Of a stretch of DNA of 64,000 nucleotides, positions 1-9,022 are shown in pieces. The position numbers were made by a program, and so were the translations under genes. Source of the DNA: Nannocystis bainbridge (GTDB taxonomy: Bacteria; Myxococcota_A; Polyangia; Nannocystales; Nannocystaceae); NCBI RefSeq assembly GCF_028368995.1, contig NZ_JAQNDL010000004.1, positions 480,001 to 544,000 of the forward strand, in the 5' to 3' direction. The notes below the pieces were generated by a model. It ran no database searches. It was not told where the DNA came from and saw only the letters and a list, made by a program, of their open reading frames with translations. Position 1 is the stretch's first letter; the number at the start of each line of letters is the position of its first letter.

Positions 1-245
1 AGGGCCGAAGGGGCTCAAGGGCCACGCCACCGCGACGAGCGCCGAAACGCGGCGGCTGCAATGCCCGGCGCAGCGTGAGCACTCGTGGCGCTGCTGCGAG
101 GCCGAGGGCCGGCGGCGGCGAACACACACGCGGGGCGGAACCCCGCCAGGACGGCCGCAGGAGGGGGCCCTGGGGCGGATCGGGCGCGGCGGGCCGCGAG
201 CGCCCTTGCCTCCCGGCCGGGGCGCGCGCTATCCGTGGGCGCGCC

Positions 246-1517
246 ATGCTCCACGCCGACCGCTGGGCCGCCCGCTACGGCTTTCTCCGCGAGCTGTGGG
301 CCGGCCGCAGCCGCGTGCTCGCCGACCCCGCGCTCGAGGCGGCGCTGCGCGGGGCGAAGTCGCTGCCAGCCCCGTTCGCGGCGCTGCTGGCCGAGCTGCT
401 GCCGGGGGCTGGCAACCAGGCGTGGCTGCTGGCGCACGAGGCGAGGCCGGGCACGGGTCGCGGTCGCACGGGCGCGCGGGTGGCGGAATTCGACGCGTTC
501 GAGGAGCTGCTGGCGGAGGCGCCGTGGCAGGTGGCGATCGTCGACCTGGCGCGCCACTTCGTCGATGCGGCCAGCCTGACGCGGTTCGCGGCGCGGGCCC
601 AGACGCGGCTGGAGAATCGCCTCGAGACGCGGGCGTTCCGGCTGCTGACGGCGCTGGCGGAGGGGGCAGAGGCCGGGCGGGTCGTGGTGGTGACCGCCCC
701 GGGCGAGGCCGCCGGGGGGCTCGAGCTGGGGCTGTTCCAGGAGCTGGTGACGCAGCATTTCCCGCGGGCGCGGATCTACGCGCTGGCGCTGACGCGCGCG
801 GCCAGCGTGGTGGACTGCGGCGAGGTCACCAGCGACGAGATCGAGGACGAGGAGGCCGACGAGCGCGGGCCGGTGCCGCTGGCCTTCGACAACAGCCTCG
901 GCGAGGACGCGGGCTTCGAGTGCCTGATCGCGGTGGTGGGCGCGCGCGACGTGCCGCGCGGGGTGACGCTGCTCGAGCTGCCGCCGACGGCCCCGCCAGC
1001 CGAGCCGGCGCGCCCGGAGCGAGCTCGGCCGGAGCGGGCCCGCGACGAGGAGAGCGAGTCGCTGCGCGGGCAATTGGCCCAGGCGCGGCGGCAGATCGAG
1101 CTGGCGAGCATCGCCCGCCAGTCGCTGGTGGAGCAGCTCGACGCGGCCCAGGGCCGGATCGATGCGCTCGAGGATCAGCTCGCGGGGCGGGCGCCGGCGG
1201 CCGCGAAGGCCAACGAGCCCGACGAGGAGGGGCCGCGACGGATTGACGCGGCGGCGGCGGCGCTGCAGAGCGCCCGCTGGGAGCTCGAGCAGCTGCAGGG
1301 CGAGCTGCGGCGGGTGACGGCGCGGCCGGTGGACGCGCTGGAGCGGTCGTTGGCGGCCGCCGAGGCGCGGCTGGGGGCGCTCCACGCCTGCGCCGCGACG
1401 GTCGACGCACTGGCGCAGCGGGCCGGAGCGGACGAACCGCTGGCCGCCGAGCTGCAGACCCTCCGCGACCGTCTGCTCGAGCTCGCCGGGCCGCCCGCGA
1501 CCGACGAATCGGCGTGA
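246..1517 (+). CDS. hypothetical protein with C-terminal coiled-coil
   Basis: ORF 75..1517 with GC3-rich codons from ATG 246; heptad-like C-terminus (LRGQLAQARRQIELA...LEQLQGELRR). Start uncertain. Confidence 0.65.
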   Translation: MLHADRWAARYGFLRELWAGRSRVLADPALEAALRGAKSLPAPFAALLAELLPGAGNQAWLLAHEARPGTGRGRTGARVAEFDAFEELLAEAPWQVAIVDLARHFVDAASLTRFAARAQTRLENRLETRAFRLLTALAEGAEAGRVVVVTAPGEAAGGLELGLFQELVTQHFPRARIYALALTRAASVVDCGEVTSDEIEDEEADERGPVPLAFDNSLGEDAGFECLIAVVGARDVPRGVTLLELPPTAPPAEPARPERARPERARDEESESLRGQLAQARRQIELASIARQSLVEQLDAAQGRIDALEDQLAGRAPAAAKANEPDEEGPRRIDAAAAALQSARWELEQLQGELRRVTARPVDALERSLAAAEARLGALHACAATVDALAQRAGADEPLAAELQTLRDRLLELAGPPATDESA

Positions 1518-1722
1518 ACCGGCGCTCGCCGGGCGGGCATCGCCGCGACATGGTTGCCGGGGCCGGGCGCGCCGGACTATCCTGGCGGAGGCGCGCTGGT
1601 GCCCAGACCGGCGCTCCTCCCCGTGCGGCCGCAAACCTGTCTGCGCTTGACCACCGCGGACTTCGGGCCGGTCACGGGTGCGCACCGACCCATCACCCCC
1701 CTAGAGCGGAAGCGACTTAGCC

Positions 1723-2370
1723 ATGCGAGTTTCCCCCGAAGCGCCAGTCCCCGACTGGTCGGCCCTTGAAACCTCTTTTGAGCACAACGCCCCCGACCAC
1801 CACGCCTATCTGGATCTGCAGAACGGGCAGGTGGTCACCATCAACGACACCCGGCCCGAGGACGAGGAGAAGCGGCAGCAGATCGCGCGCTCGACCGGGC
1901 GCTTCGTCCACCTCGACCCGGCGTCGTCGCGCGAGCAGTACCGCTGGATGGAGCGATTCGTCGCCTCGGTCGAAGATCCCGCGCTGCGCGAGCGGCTGAC
2001 GCTGGCGATCGACGGCAAGGGCGCGTTCCGCCGGTTCAAGGACGTGCTGCTGTCGTACCCGGTCGAGCGCGACCGGTGGTTCTCGTACCGCGCCAACCTG
2101 CTGCACATCTACATCGACGGCTGGCTGGCCAATCAGGACGTGCTGCTCGGCGCGTACCCTCCGTGGGGCAAGCCCGAGGATCCGCCGGAGCCGAACATCC
2201 CGCTCGAGAAGCCGGCGAGCGAGCGCGCGCCGGGGCCGTCCGAGACGCTGCGCCGGACCGCGCGCGATCTCATCGATCGCCTGCCCGCGATCGAGCTCCC
2301 GGCCGCCATCGCCTACCTGCAGTACTTGCTCGACAAGCAGCCTTCGGTCCACGTCGAGCCGACGACGTGA
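1723..2370 (+). CDS. UPF0158 family protein
   Basis: Motifs AYLDLQNGQV, SREQYRWMERFV and LAIDGKGAFRRFKDVL...ERDRWFSYR typical of UPF0158. Confidence 0.85.
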   Translation: MRVSPEAPVPDWSALETSFEHNAPDHHAYLDLQNGQVVTINDTRPEDEEKRQQIARSTGRFVHLDPASSREQYRWMERFVASVEDPALRERLTLAIDGKGAFRRFKDVLLSYPVERDRWFSYRANLLHIYIDGWLANQDVLLGAYPPWGKPEDPPEPNIPLEKPASERAPGPSETLRRTARDLIDRLPAIELPAAIAYLQYLLDKQPSVHVEPTT

Positions 2371-2378
2371 TCCGGCCG

Positions 2379-3353
2379 ATGGAGCTGTCCCTTGCGACAT
2401 CTCCGGCGCGACGCTTCACCCGCTTCATCGGCGTCGCTCTCGGCGGCGGCCGCGGCAAGACGACCGCGGTCGCTCGCCTCGAGCGCGTCGACGAGGAGGG
2501 CGAGACGCCGCGCGTGCGCCTGGCGGAGGCTCGGCTCCGCCACGGCCACCGCGGCAGCGGCGAAGAGGGCGGCGAGGCCAGCGGCGATCCGTTGTTTCGC
2601 GACGAGGTGCTGGTCGCGTACCTGCAGCGGTGGGTGACCGACGACGCGGTGGTGGCGATCGACGCGCCGCTGACGTTGCCGCCGTGCATCCGCTGTCCGC
2701 TGGCCTGTCCCGGAGTGCAGGCGTGCACCGTGCCGGTGGTGGCGTGGATGCGGAAGCACGCGCCGGCCTTGCACGCGGCCCGGCGCTCCGATCCGGGCAA
2801 GCCGGCGGTCACGCCGTACACGCAGCGCGCGGTCGACGTCCTGTTGACGCACGTGGGCCTGTCGCCGCGCGAGTCGCTGGGGCAGGGCATGGGGCCGCTG
2901 GCGGCGCGGGCGGCGTATCTGCGGCGCGTGCTGTCGCCGCTGCTGCGACTGCACGAGAACCTGATCGAGGTCCACCCGCCGGCCACGGTGACGCGGCTGT
3001 TCGGGGCCGAGGTCGAGCGTCGGCACCGGCGCAGCGACAGCGAGCAGGCGTGGGAGCTGCGCAAGCGGATGCTGACGGCGCTCGAACCGTGCCTCGCGTT
3101 CGACTTCGTGTGGCCCGAGGTTGTGGTCCGCAGCCCGCACGTATTCGACGCGGTCATCGCCGGCCTCACGGCGTTCTTGTGGGCGCATCAGAGCTGGCAG
3201 GGTCCGCTCGATCTGCAACCGGCGCAGTCTGCGGCGACTCAGGAGGCGGTCGCGCCCGATCCGCTGCGCGCCGCGATCGCGGGGCTCGAGGACCGCTGGC
3301 TCGAAGACGGCTGGATCTGGGTCCCACCGGCTCCTGGAGGCGGACGCGTGTGA
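2379..3353 (+). CDS. DUF429-like predicted nuclease (RNase H fold) with Cys cluster
   Basis: FIGVALGGGRGKTTAVARL, VVAIDAPLTLP, CIRCPLACPGVQAC, LIEVHP, FDAVIAG motifs; starts at ATG 2379 or GTG 2367, the latter overlapping the upstream stop. Confidence 0.75.
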   Translation: MELSLATSPARRFTRFIGVALGGGRGKTTAVARLERVDEEGETPRVRLAEARLRHGHRGSGEEGGEASGDPLFRDEVLVAYLQRWVTDDAVVAIDAPLTLPPCIRCPLACPGVQACTVPVVAWMRKHAPALHAARRSDPGKPAVTPYTQRAVDVLLTHVGLSPRESLGQGMGPLAARAAYLRRVLSPLLRLHENLIEVHPPATVTRLFGAEVERRHRRSDSEQAWELRKRMLTALEPCLAFDFVWPEVVVRSPHVFDAVIAGLTAFLWAHQSWQGPLDLQPAQSAATQEAVAPDPLRAAIAGLEDRWLEDGWIWVPPAPGGGRV

Positions 3354-3469
3354 TTCTGCACGATTTGTGGCAGACCCGGCCCCGCAGCGGGCCGTTGCTT
3401 CCCCTGCTTGCCTGCGATGCGCCGCCAGGTGCACAGTAGACAGGCTACAGGCCCTCGGACCCCAGACGC

Positions 3470-4477
3470 ATGCGAGACCCGGCCCACGGCAGCGACTTCA
3501 CCCCTGACGAGCTCGATCTCCTGGAGGACGCGCTCGAGTGGATGGAGGATCCCGCGCGCCGCGCCGAGCTCGAGGCGATGCCCGCGCCGCTGCGTCAGCG
3601 CGCCGACGAGTACGCGTCGATCCTGGCGATGACGCGCGAGGCGATGCCCGCGGAGGACGTGGCGCCGGGGGTGCTCGACGGCATCCTCGCCGAGGCCCGG
3701 CGATCGGCGCCGCCGCCTTCGCAGCCGGCGGCCGAGGGCCCGAGCCTGTGGGAGCGGCTGCGACGCTCGTTCCTGCTGCCGGGCGTGGCGCTGGCCGGGA
3801 CCGCCGCGCTGCTGCTGTGGGTGGCGCGGCCGACCGACGAGGCGGGGCCGTCGATCCGCGAGGAGGCGGCGCCTTCGCCCGCGCCGGCGGCTCCCGAGGC
3901 CCGCGAGCCGCGAGCGGCGCCCGAGTCGGATGGCCCCAAGGACATGTCCCCGCCGACAGACGACGCGAAGGGCGAGGCTTCGGCGGCCGTCGAGGTCGCA
4001 CCTGCGCCGGCCGCCGACGCGGCGAGCGTGCCCGGGGCGGTCTACCAGGAGCCGGCGTCGCCGGCGATGAAGGCCATGCGCGGCGGAGCGCCGGCCAAGA
4101 AGAAGGCGATCGACGTCGACGAGGGGCCGTTGCCGGGCATCTCCGTGCCGGAGGCGCAGCGCATCGACGCCGACAAGGAGTCGGTCCGCGATCAGCTCGA
4201 GAGCGGCGACCGGGCCCGCAACAAGGGCCGCTGCGACGTCGCCGAGGCCGAGTACGCGGCGGTGGCGAACAGCAACGGACCGGCGGCAGAGCGGGCGCGA
4301 GCCCTCGCGGGCCTGGGGCTGTGTCGAGAGGCCGCCGGCAAGTCGGCGGACGCGGAGCGCTACTTCGACGCGGCGCGCTCGCTCGACTCCGGGGTCGAGC
4401 GCTGGCTCGGCGGCGAGTCCGAGGTGGTGAAGAAGAAGACCACGAAGATGGCCAAGCCGAAGAGCGAGGCGCCGTAG
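3470..4477 (+). CDS. membrane-anchored hypothetical protein (anti-sigma-like N-terminus, TM helix, Pro/Ala linker, C-terminal TPR-like helices)
   Basis: TM segment FLLPGVALAGTAALLLWVA; C-terminal RARALAGLGLCREAAGKSADAERYFDAA resembles a TPR. Confidence 0.65.
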   Translation: MRDPAHGSDFTPDELDLLEDALEWMEDPARRAELEAMPAPLRQRADEYASILAMTREAMPAEDVAPGVLDGILAEARRSAPPPSQPAAEGPSLWERLRRSFLLPGVALAGTAALLLWVARPTDEAGPSIREEAAPSPAPAAPEAREPRAAPESDGPKDMSPPTDDAKGEASAAVEVAPAPAADAASVPGAVYQEPASPAMKAMRGGAPAKKKAIDVDEGPLPGISVPEAQRIDADKESVRDQLESGDRARNKGRCDVAEAEYAAVANSNGPAAERARALAGLGLCREAAGKSADAERYFDAARSLDSGVERWLGGESEVVKKKTTKMAKPKSEAP

Positions 4478-4515
4478 GTCGATCGCGGCGCGGGCCCCGG
4501 CCGACGCGCGGGACA

Positions 4516-4599
4516 TGGGCTTCGGGGCATGTCGCAGAGGCCAGGTGCGTTCGAGCATGTTCTGAACGACATGACGGAAGATACATGTCGTCAGGGACA
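4516..4599. repeat. array of 6 degenerate 14-bp TGTC-N6-GACA units
   Basis: tgggcttcggggca|tgtcgcagaggcca|ggtgcgttcgagca|tgttctgaacgaca|tgacggaagataca|tgtcgtcagggaca in exact 14-bp register. Confidence 0.85.
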
Positions 4600-4697
4600 G
4601 TCGCCTGCGCGGCGGGCAAGGGGTCGCAAGGACCAGGCGCGCCGAACGGTTCAGTGCAGGCGCGTCGGTGCCCGCGGGCTCACGCTGAACGGGCAGG

Positions 4698-4909
4698 CGC
4701 AGCGATGCCGCGCGGACGCGCTGCCGCTCGCATCAATCGACGTCGACCGCGAAGTCGACGCCGACGCTGAGCGTGCGGGCGCAGCGGTGCCGCGCTGCCG
4801 CTCGCATCAATCGACGTCGACCGCGACGCGACGCCGAGCGGGCTAGGGCAGCGGTGCCGCGCTGCCGCTCGCATCAATCGACGTCGACCGCGAAGTCGAC
4901 GCCGACGCT
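4698..4909. repeat. three ~60-70 bp direct repeats duplicating the 3' end of the 4874..5563 gene
   Basis: gctgccgctcgcatcaatcgacgtcgaccgcga occurs three times; the third copy contains the real stop codon. Confidence 0.9.
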
Positions 4910-5563
4910 CGGGCCGTCGTAGCCGGGGAAGCGGTGGTCGAACACGGCCTTGCGGGCGCACGGGACGATGCCCCACACGCTCAGGCTCGCGGGGGCCTTG
5001 ACCGACACGCTCTCGACCTTGCCCGAGGGCAAAAGGCGCAGCTGAACAGCGAGGCGGCCGCTGCCGACGTCGCCGTAGCGGCTGGCCGTGATCACGCAGT
5101 CGGTGATCTTCGGCGTGATCTTGGCGAAATGCTGGTCGAGGACGCGCTCGCTGGGCCGCTCGCTGCCGGCCTCGAGGTCGATCGTCTGGGTCTTGTCGCT
5201 CGAGAACTGGGGGATCTTGCGATCGTCGACAGGCACGAAGGGGGGCAGCTTTTCGGCCGGGGTCTCGGCCTCCTCGACCTCGTCGCCCGGCGCTGTCGCG
5301 GGCTCGGAGCCGTGGCCCGCGGCTGAGGCCGCCGTGGTCCGGCGCACGCGCTTCTTCTTGCGGCGCTTCTTCTTCTTTTTGCCGTCGTCGGTGACGGGTG
5401 GCGCGGCCGGGGCGTCGACGACGCACTGGCCCTCGACGCAGCTGCTCCCGGGGTCGCAGGGCGTGGCGCACTCGGGCTTCGGTGCGGGTTCGCACGCGAA
5501 CGAGGTCACCAGCGCCAGCGCGACGAGGCGGGCGAAACGGGCGCCCGGCGGATGCTCACCCAT
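4874..5563 (-). CDS. putative lipoprotein with Cys-rich knot and TonB-C/AgmX-like C-terminal domain
   Basis: Signal LVALALVTSFAC, CATPCDPGSSCVEGQC, basic KKKKKRRKKKR stretch, C-terminal GRLAVQLRLLPSGKVESVSV...CARKAV...FP. Confidence 0.7.
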   Translation of the reverse strand: MGEHPPGARFARLVALALVTSFACEPAPKPECATPCDPGSSCVEGQCVVDAPAAPPVTDDGKKKKKRRKKKRVRRTTAASAAGHGSEPATAPGDEVEEAETPAEKLPPFVPVDDRKIPQFSSDKTQTIDLEAGSERPSERVLDQHFAKITPKITDCVITASRYGDVGSGRLAVQLRLLPSGKVESVSVKAPASLSVWGIVPCARKAVFDHRFPGYDGPSVGVDFAVDVD

Positions 5564-5653
5564 GGGCCCGGATGATGCCGGCCGCAGCGGCGCGGTTCAA
5601 GCTCACGGCCCGAGATCTGGCCCGCGGGCAGCCGACCATGGCAGCTTGCGCGC

Positions 5654-6022
5654 GTGTCCACGGTGCCCTCCCGAGAGCTCGCTTCGTTCGTCAATCCCCG
5701 CCCCGGGCGCGACTACGAGGTCCGCTTCGATTGCCCTGAATTCACCTGTCTGTGCCCGATGACGGGCCAACCGGACTTCGCCACGATCCGGATCCGCTAC
5801 CGCCCGCGCGCGCGCTGCGTCGAGCTCAAGAGCCTCAAGCTGTACCTGTGGTCCTTCCGGGACACGGGGGCGTTTCACGAGGCCGTCACCAACCAGATCC
5901 TCGACGACCTGGTCGCGGTTCTGGACCCGGAGTGGGTCGAGGTCGAGGGCGACTTCCTGGTCCGCGGCGGGATCCACACGGTCGTGCGAGCCCGCCACGT
6001 CGGCGCGCCGCTGCCGGGCTGA
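5654..6022 (+). CDS. queF: NADPH-dependent 7-cyano-7-deazaguanine (preQ0) reductase
   Basis: [16 protein letters not shown] and [14 protein letters not shown]...FHE...RGGIHT signature motifs. Confidence 0.95.
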   Translation: MSTVPSRELASFVNPRPGRDYEVRFDCPEFTCLCPMTGQPDFATIRIRYRPRARCVELKSLKLYLWSFRDTGAFHEAVTNQILDDLVAVLDPEWVEVEGDFLVRGGIHTVVRARHVGAPLPG

Positions 6023-6065
6023 AAGCGGCGGGCGGGCGTGATAACGTCCGCCCGGACTCGCAGCC

Positions 6066-7493
6066 ATGCCCATGTTCTCGACCCTCGCCGGCGCCCTGAT
6101 CGCTCTCCTCCTCGACGGTCCCTTCAACTACGAGTTCTCGCGCGTCACCGACGAGAAGAGTCAAGCCCACGTGATCCTGCGGGCCAACGAGGACCTGCAG
6201 GCGATGGAAGTGACGATCAGCGGCGACCGCCAGACGATCCGCAAGAAGATCCCGGCGCTCAAGGCCGGCAAAGAGTTCAAGATCGCCTGGACGCAGAACG
6301 GCGACAACGCGGCCTACGAGATGGCGATCGTGTCGTCGGCGGGCGAGGCCAACGCCAACTTCGAGGTCGCGCGCGGAGCCAGTAAGCCGTCGGGCGGCGG
6401 TGGCGGCGGTGGTGGCGGCGGCGCGGCCGGCAAGGTCACGGCGATGGCATCCGCGGCCGACATCCTCTTCGACCACAAGGTCGCGTACACGACCAGCTTC
6501 GAGGTCAGCGGCTACGAGTTCAAGGTCTACAACACCGACGGCGACGTGATCCACACGGACGCGGGCGCCGGCGGCTGGAAGGCCAACGAGCGCATCGACC
6601 TCAAGTGGGACACGACCGACGACGTGTTCCTGGTCAAGGTCCGGTTCGAGGGCGCGCAGGGCCAGTTCGGCGAGCACATCCTGGCGCCGATGGCGATCGA
6701 CATCCCGCACACCGAGGTCGTGTTCGACAGCGGCAAGGCGATCATCCGCGGCGAGCAGGCGCCGAAGATCGACGAGGCCGCGGCGGTGGCGATGCACAAG
6801 CTGGCGGCGGTCGAGAACGCCAAGAAGGCGGTGGGCAACGCGCTCGAGGGCGCCGGTTACGTGCCCAAGCTGTTCATCGCCGGCTACACCGACACCGTCG
6901 GCAAGCCGGGCGACAATCAAAAGCTCTCGGAGGGGCGCGCGCGGGCGATCGCGGAGCGCTTCCACGAGCGGGGCGTGTGGTCCGAGATCTATTACACGGG
7001 CATGGGCGAGAAGGGCCTGAAGGTCCAGACGCCGGACTCGTTCGACGAGGAGAAGAATCGCCGCGCGGTCTATGTCATCAGCTTCCAGCCGCCGACGGGG
7101 CCGTGGTTCCCGTCGCCAGGGGCGTGGAAGAAGGTGGCAGGCGCGCGCGCGCGTCCGTCCGAGCTGCCGCCGTACCCGGAGAAGTGGAAGGAGCACGAGG
7201 ACAACAAGCGCTACGGCAAGCCGGGCGCGGGCTCCTCGTCGGGCGACAGCAGCAGCGGCAGCAGCAGCTCGAGTGATTCGTCGAGCGACGACAGCTCGGG
7301 CACGTCGGGCAGCAGCAGCAGCTCGGGCGGCGAGCCATACATGGGCTCGGCCGAAGGCCCGCCGGAGGTCGGCGGGGAGCCGGGCGCGAGCAAGAAGGGC
7401 TGCAACGTGGTGGCCGAGCCGACCCCCGGGGCGACGATCCTGCTGCTCGCGGGGCTGCTGACGCTCCGTCGCCGTCGCGTCCGCGCGGCGTGA
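6066..7493 (+). CDS. OmpA-domain protein with Ser-rich linker and MYXO-CTERM-like tail
   Basis: FDSGKA...IAGYTDTVG...NQKLSEGRARAI...GMGE...NRRA OmpA_C motifs; C-terminal KKGCNV...LLLAGLLTLRRRR. Confidence 0.9.
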   Translation: MPMFSTLAGALIALLLDGPFNYEFSRVTDEKSQAHVILRANEDLQAMEVTISGDRQTIRKKIPALKAGKEFKIAWTQNGDNAAYEMAIVSSAGEANANFEVARGASKPSGGGGGGGGGGAAGKVTAMASAADILFDHKVAYTTSFEVSGYEFKVYNTDGDVIHTDAGAGGWKANERIDLKWDTTDDVFLVKVRFEGAQGQFGEHILAPMAIDIPHTEVVFDSGKAIIRGEQAPKIDEAAAVAMHKLAAVENAKKAVGNALEGAGYVPKLFIAGYTDTVGKPGDNQKLSEGRARAIAERFHERGVWSEIYYTGMGEKGLKVQTPDSFDEEKNRRAVYVISFQPPTGPWFPSPGAWKKVAGARARPSELPPYPEKWKEHEDNKRYGKPGAGSSSGDSSSGSSSSSDSSSDDSSGTSGSSSSSGGEPYMGSAEGPPEVGGEPGASKKGCNVVAEPTPGATILLLAGLLTLRRRRVRAA

Positions 7494-7551
7494 ACGCTGC
7501 CGAGGTCGCCTCACGCCCGTTCGCCGACGCGAGCGGGCGTTTTGCGTCTCA

Positions 7552-7811
7552 GATGCAACGGGGCGGTGCGACCGATGGTGAGCGGTCGCTGCCGTGCAGA
7601 GATGGGCTGCCCGCACGGGTGCGGCTCGCTTCGCGTTTCGGATGCACGGGGCGGTGCGACCGATGGCGAGCGGTCGCTGCCGTGCAGAGATGGGCTGCCC
7701 GCACGGGTGGGAGGCGCTTCGCGTTTCGGATGCACGGGGCGAAGCGACCGATGGCGAGCGGTCGCTGCCGTGCAAAGGGGGGCTGCCCGCATGGGTGCGG
7801 CTCGCTTCGCG
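7552..7811. repeat. three tandem ~88-bp palindromic (REP/BIME-like) repeats
   Basis: Units start at 7552, 7641 and 7729; each contains the imperfect hairpin tgcacgg..gcgaccg..cggtcgc..ccgtgca. Confidence 0.9.
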
Positions 7812-8229
7812 GGCGGCGTAATGGGGTCGTCGCCCGCGGGTGACTTCGAGGCATCGACACGACCAGGGCAGGTCGTCGTGCGGGCCTTCATCCGCGGCGG
7901 CGGCGACGGTGCCGATGCATGCACGAGGGCCCGGATCGCGCGGCGTCGCTCCGAAGCAGGCGTCGAGGCGGCGGGCCGGGAGCAGCGCACGCGCATGGTG
8001 TGCGAGGGGATCGGCGATGTCGTCGCCGCGATCGGGTCGCGACTCCCAATCGTCGATGCGGCGAGAAATGCCTCAGAGGTGCATGCAGGGCCATGAATTC
8101 GCCGGATCGGTCGACGTGGCCTTTGGGACCTGCGCCACGCGGCAGGTCGCCACGCTCGGCCCGTGATCGACGGGAGAGTTGCAGGCTCGCCAACGTGTTC
8201 CAGACTTGCGCCGCAGAAGGAGTGAGAGC

Positions 8230-8553
8230 ATGGCACGTAGCAATCGGACAAAGCAGAGTGGGCCGGCGCGGGCCGGCGCGAAAGTACGCAAGGCGGCTTC
8301 GGCCAAGACCGCTGCCCCGTCGCGGACGAAGAGCGCCGCGGTGAAGGGCAAGACGACGGCGGCCAGCAAGGCGACGAGCAAGCCGGCCGCGCGCGCGAGC
8401 AAGCAAACCGCGGCGCCCGCTTCGACGACCCGCAGCGAGGCGGCGAAGAAGGGCTGGGAGACCCGTCGTCGCCGGGCCGCGAAGGCGTCCCCGACGACGA
8501 CGCGCAAGGCCGCCGCCGGCAGCACGAAGGCGAAGAAGACCCGGGCCCGCTAG
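8230..8553 (+). CDS. small basic Lys/Ala/Thr-rich histone-like protein
   Basis: ATG 8230 after aggagtgagagc; 107 aa, almost no acidic residues; contains SEAAKKGWETRRRR. Confidence 0.7.
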   Translation: MARSNRTKQSGPARAGAKVRKAASAKTAAPSRTKSAAVKGKTTAASKATSKPAARASKQTAAPASTTRSEAAKKGWETRRRRAAKASPTTTRKAAAGSTKAKKTRAR

Positions 8554-9022
8554 CGAGATGTCCTTCGGGACATGTCCCACAGGCGGCCAGCCGCAGGACC
8601 GCGCGGCTGGCCGAGTCGCGGACGGGCGCACAGGACCGCGTGCGCCCGTCCGCTCGTGACAGCGGACGAGGCGGCGACGCCGACGCGACGGCGTGACGCA
8701 GACCGGACGAGGCACGAGACCGCGTGGCTCGTCCGGCAGCAGAAGCGACGAGGTTGCGAGGCTCGCCGCGTCGGCGCGTGAAAGCAGAGGACGAGGGTGA
8801 CGGCCGGCTCACCCGACAAGACGGCGAGCCACGAGACCGTGTGGCTCGCCGTCGCTTTCATGGAGACCGCGGGATACGCCGGCGCTGTCAGAGACGGGGA
8901 GCCTCGAGATCGTGGGACTCGACCCGGCATCTGCCGACGAGGCGCGAAGCGCTCGTGCGATGAGGAATCGGCGCCGGGCAGTGGGAATCATTCCCCCGCG
9001 TCGGTCTGGAAGTCAGTGGCTG

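Noticed and set aside
5585-5653. Possible preQ1 riboswitch upstream of queF (gcggttcaag)
   Set aside because: No A-rich 3' tail or convincing P1 stem.
7821-9020. Short ORFs around the histone-like gene (7542..8096, 8572..8781, 8797..9081)
   Set aside because: Atypical codon usage and no motifs; partly composed of repeats and degenerate cacgagaccg.gtggctcg hairpins.
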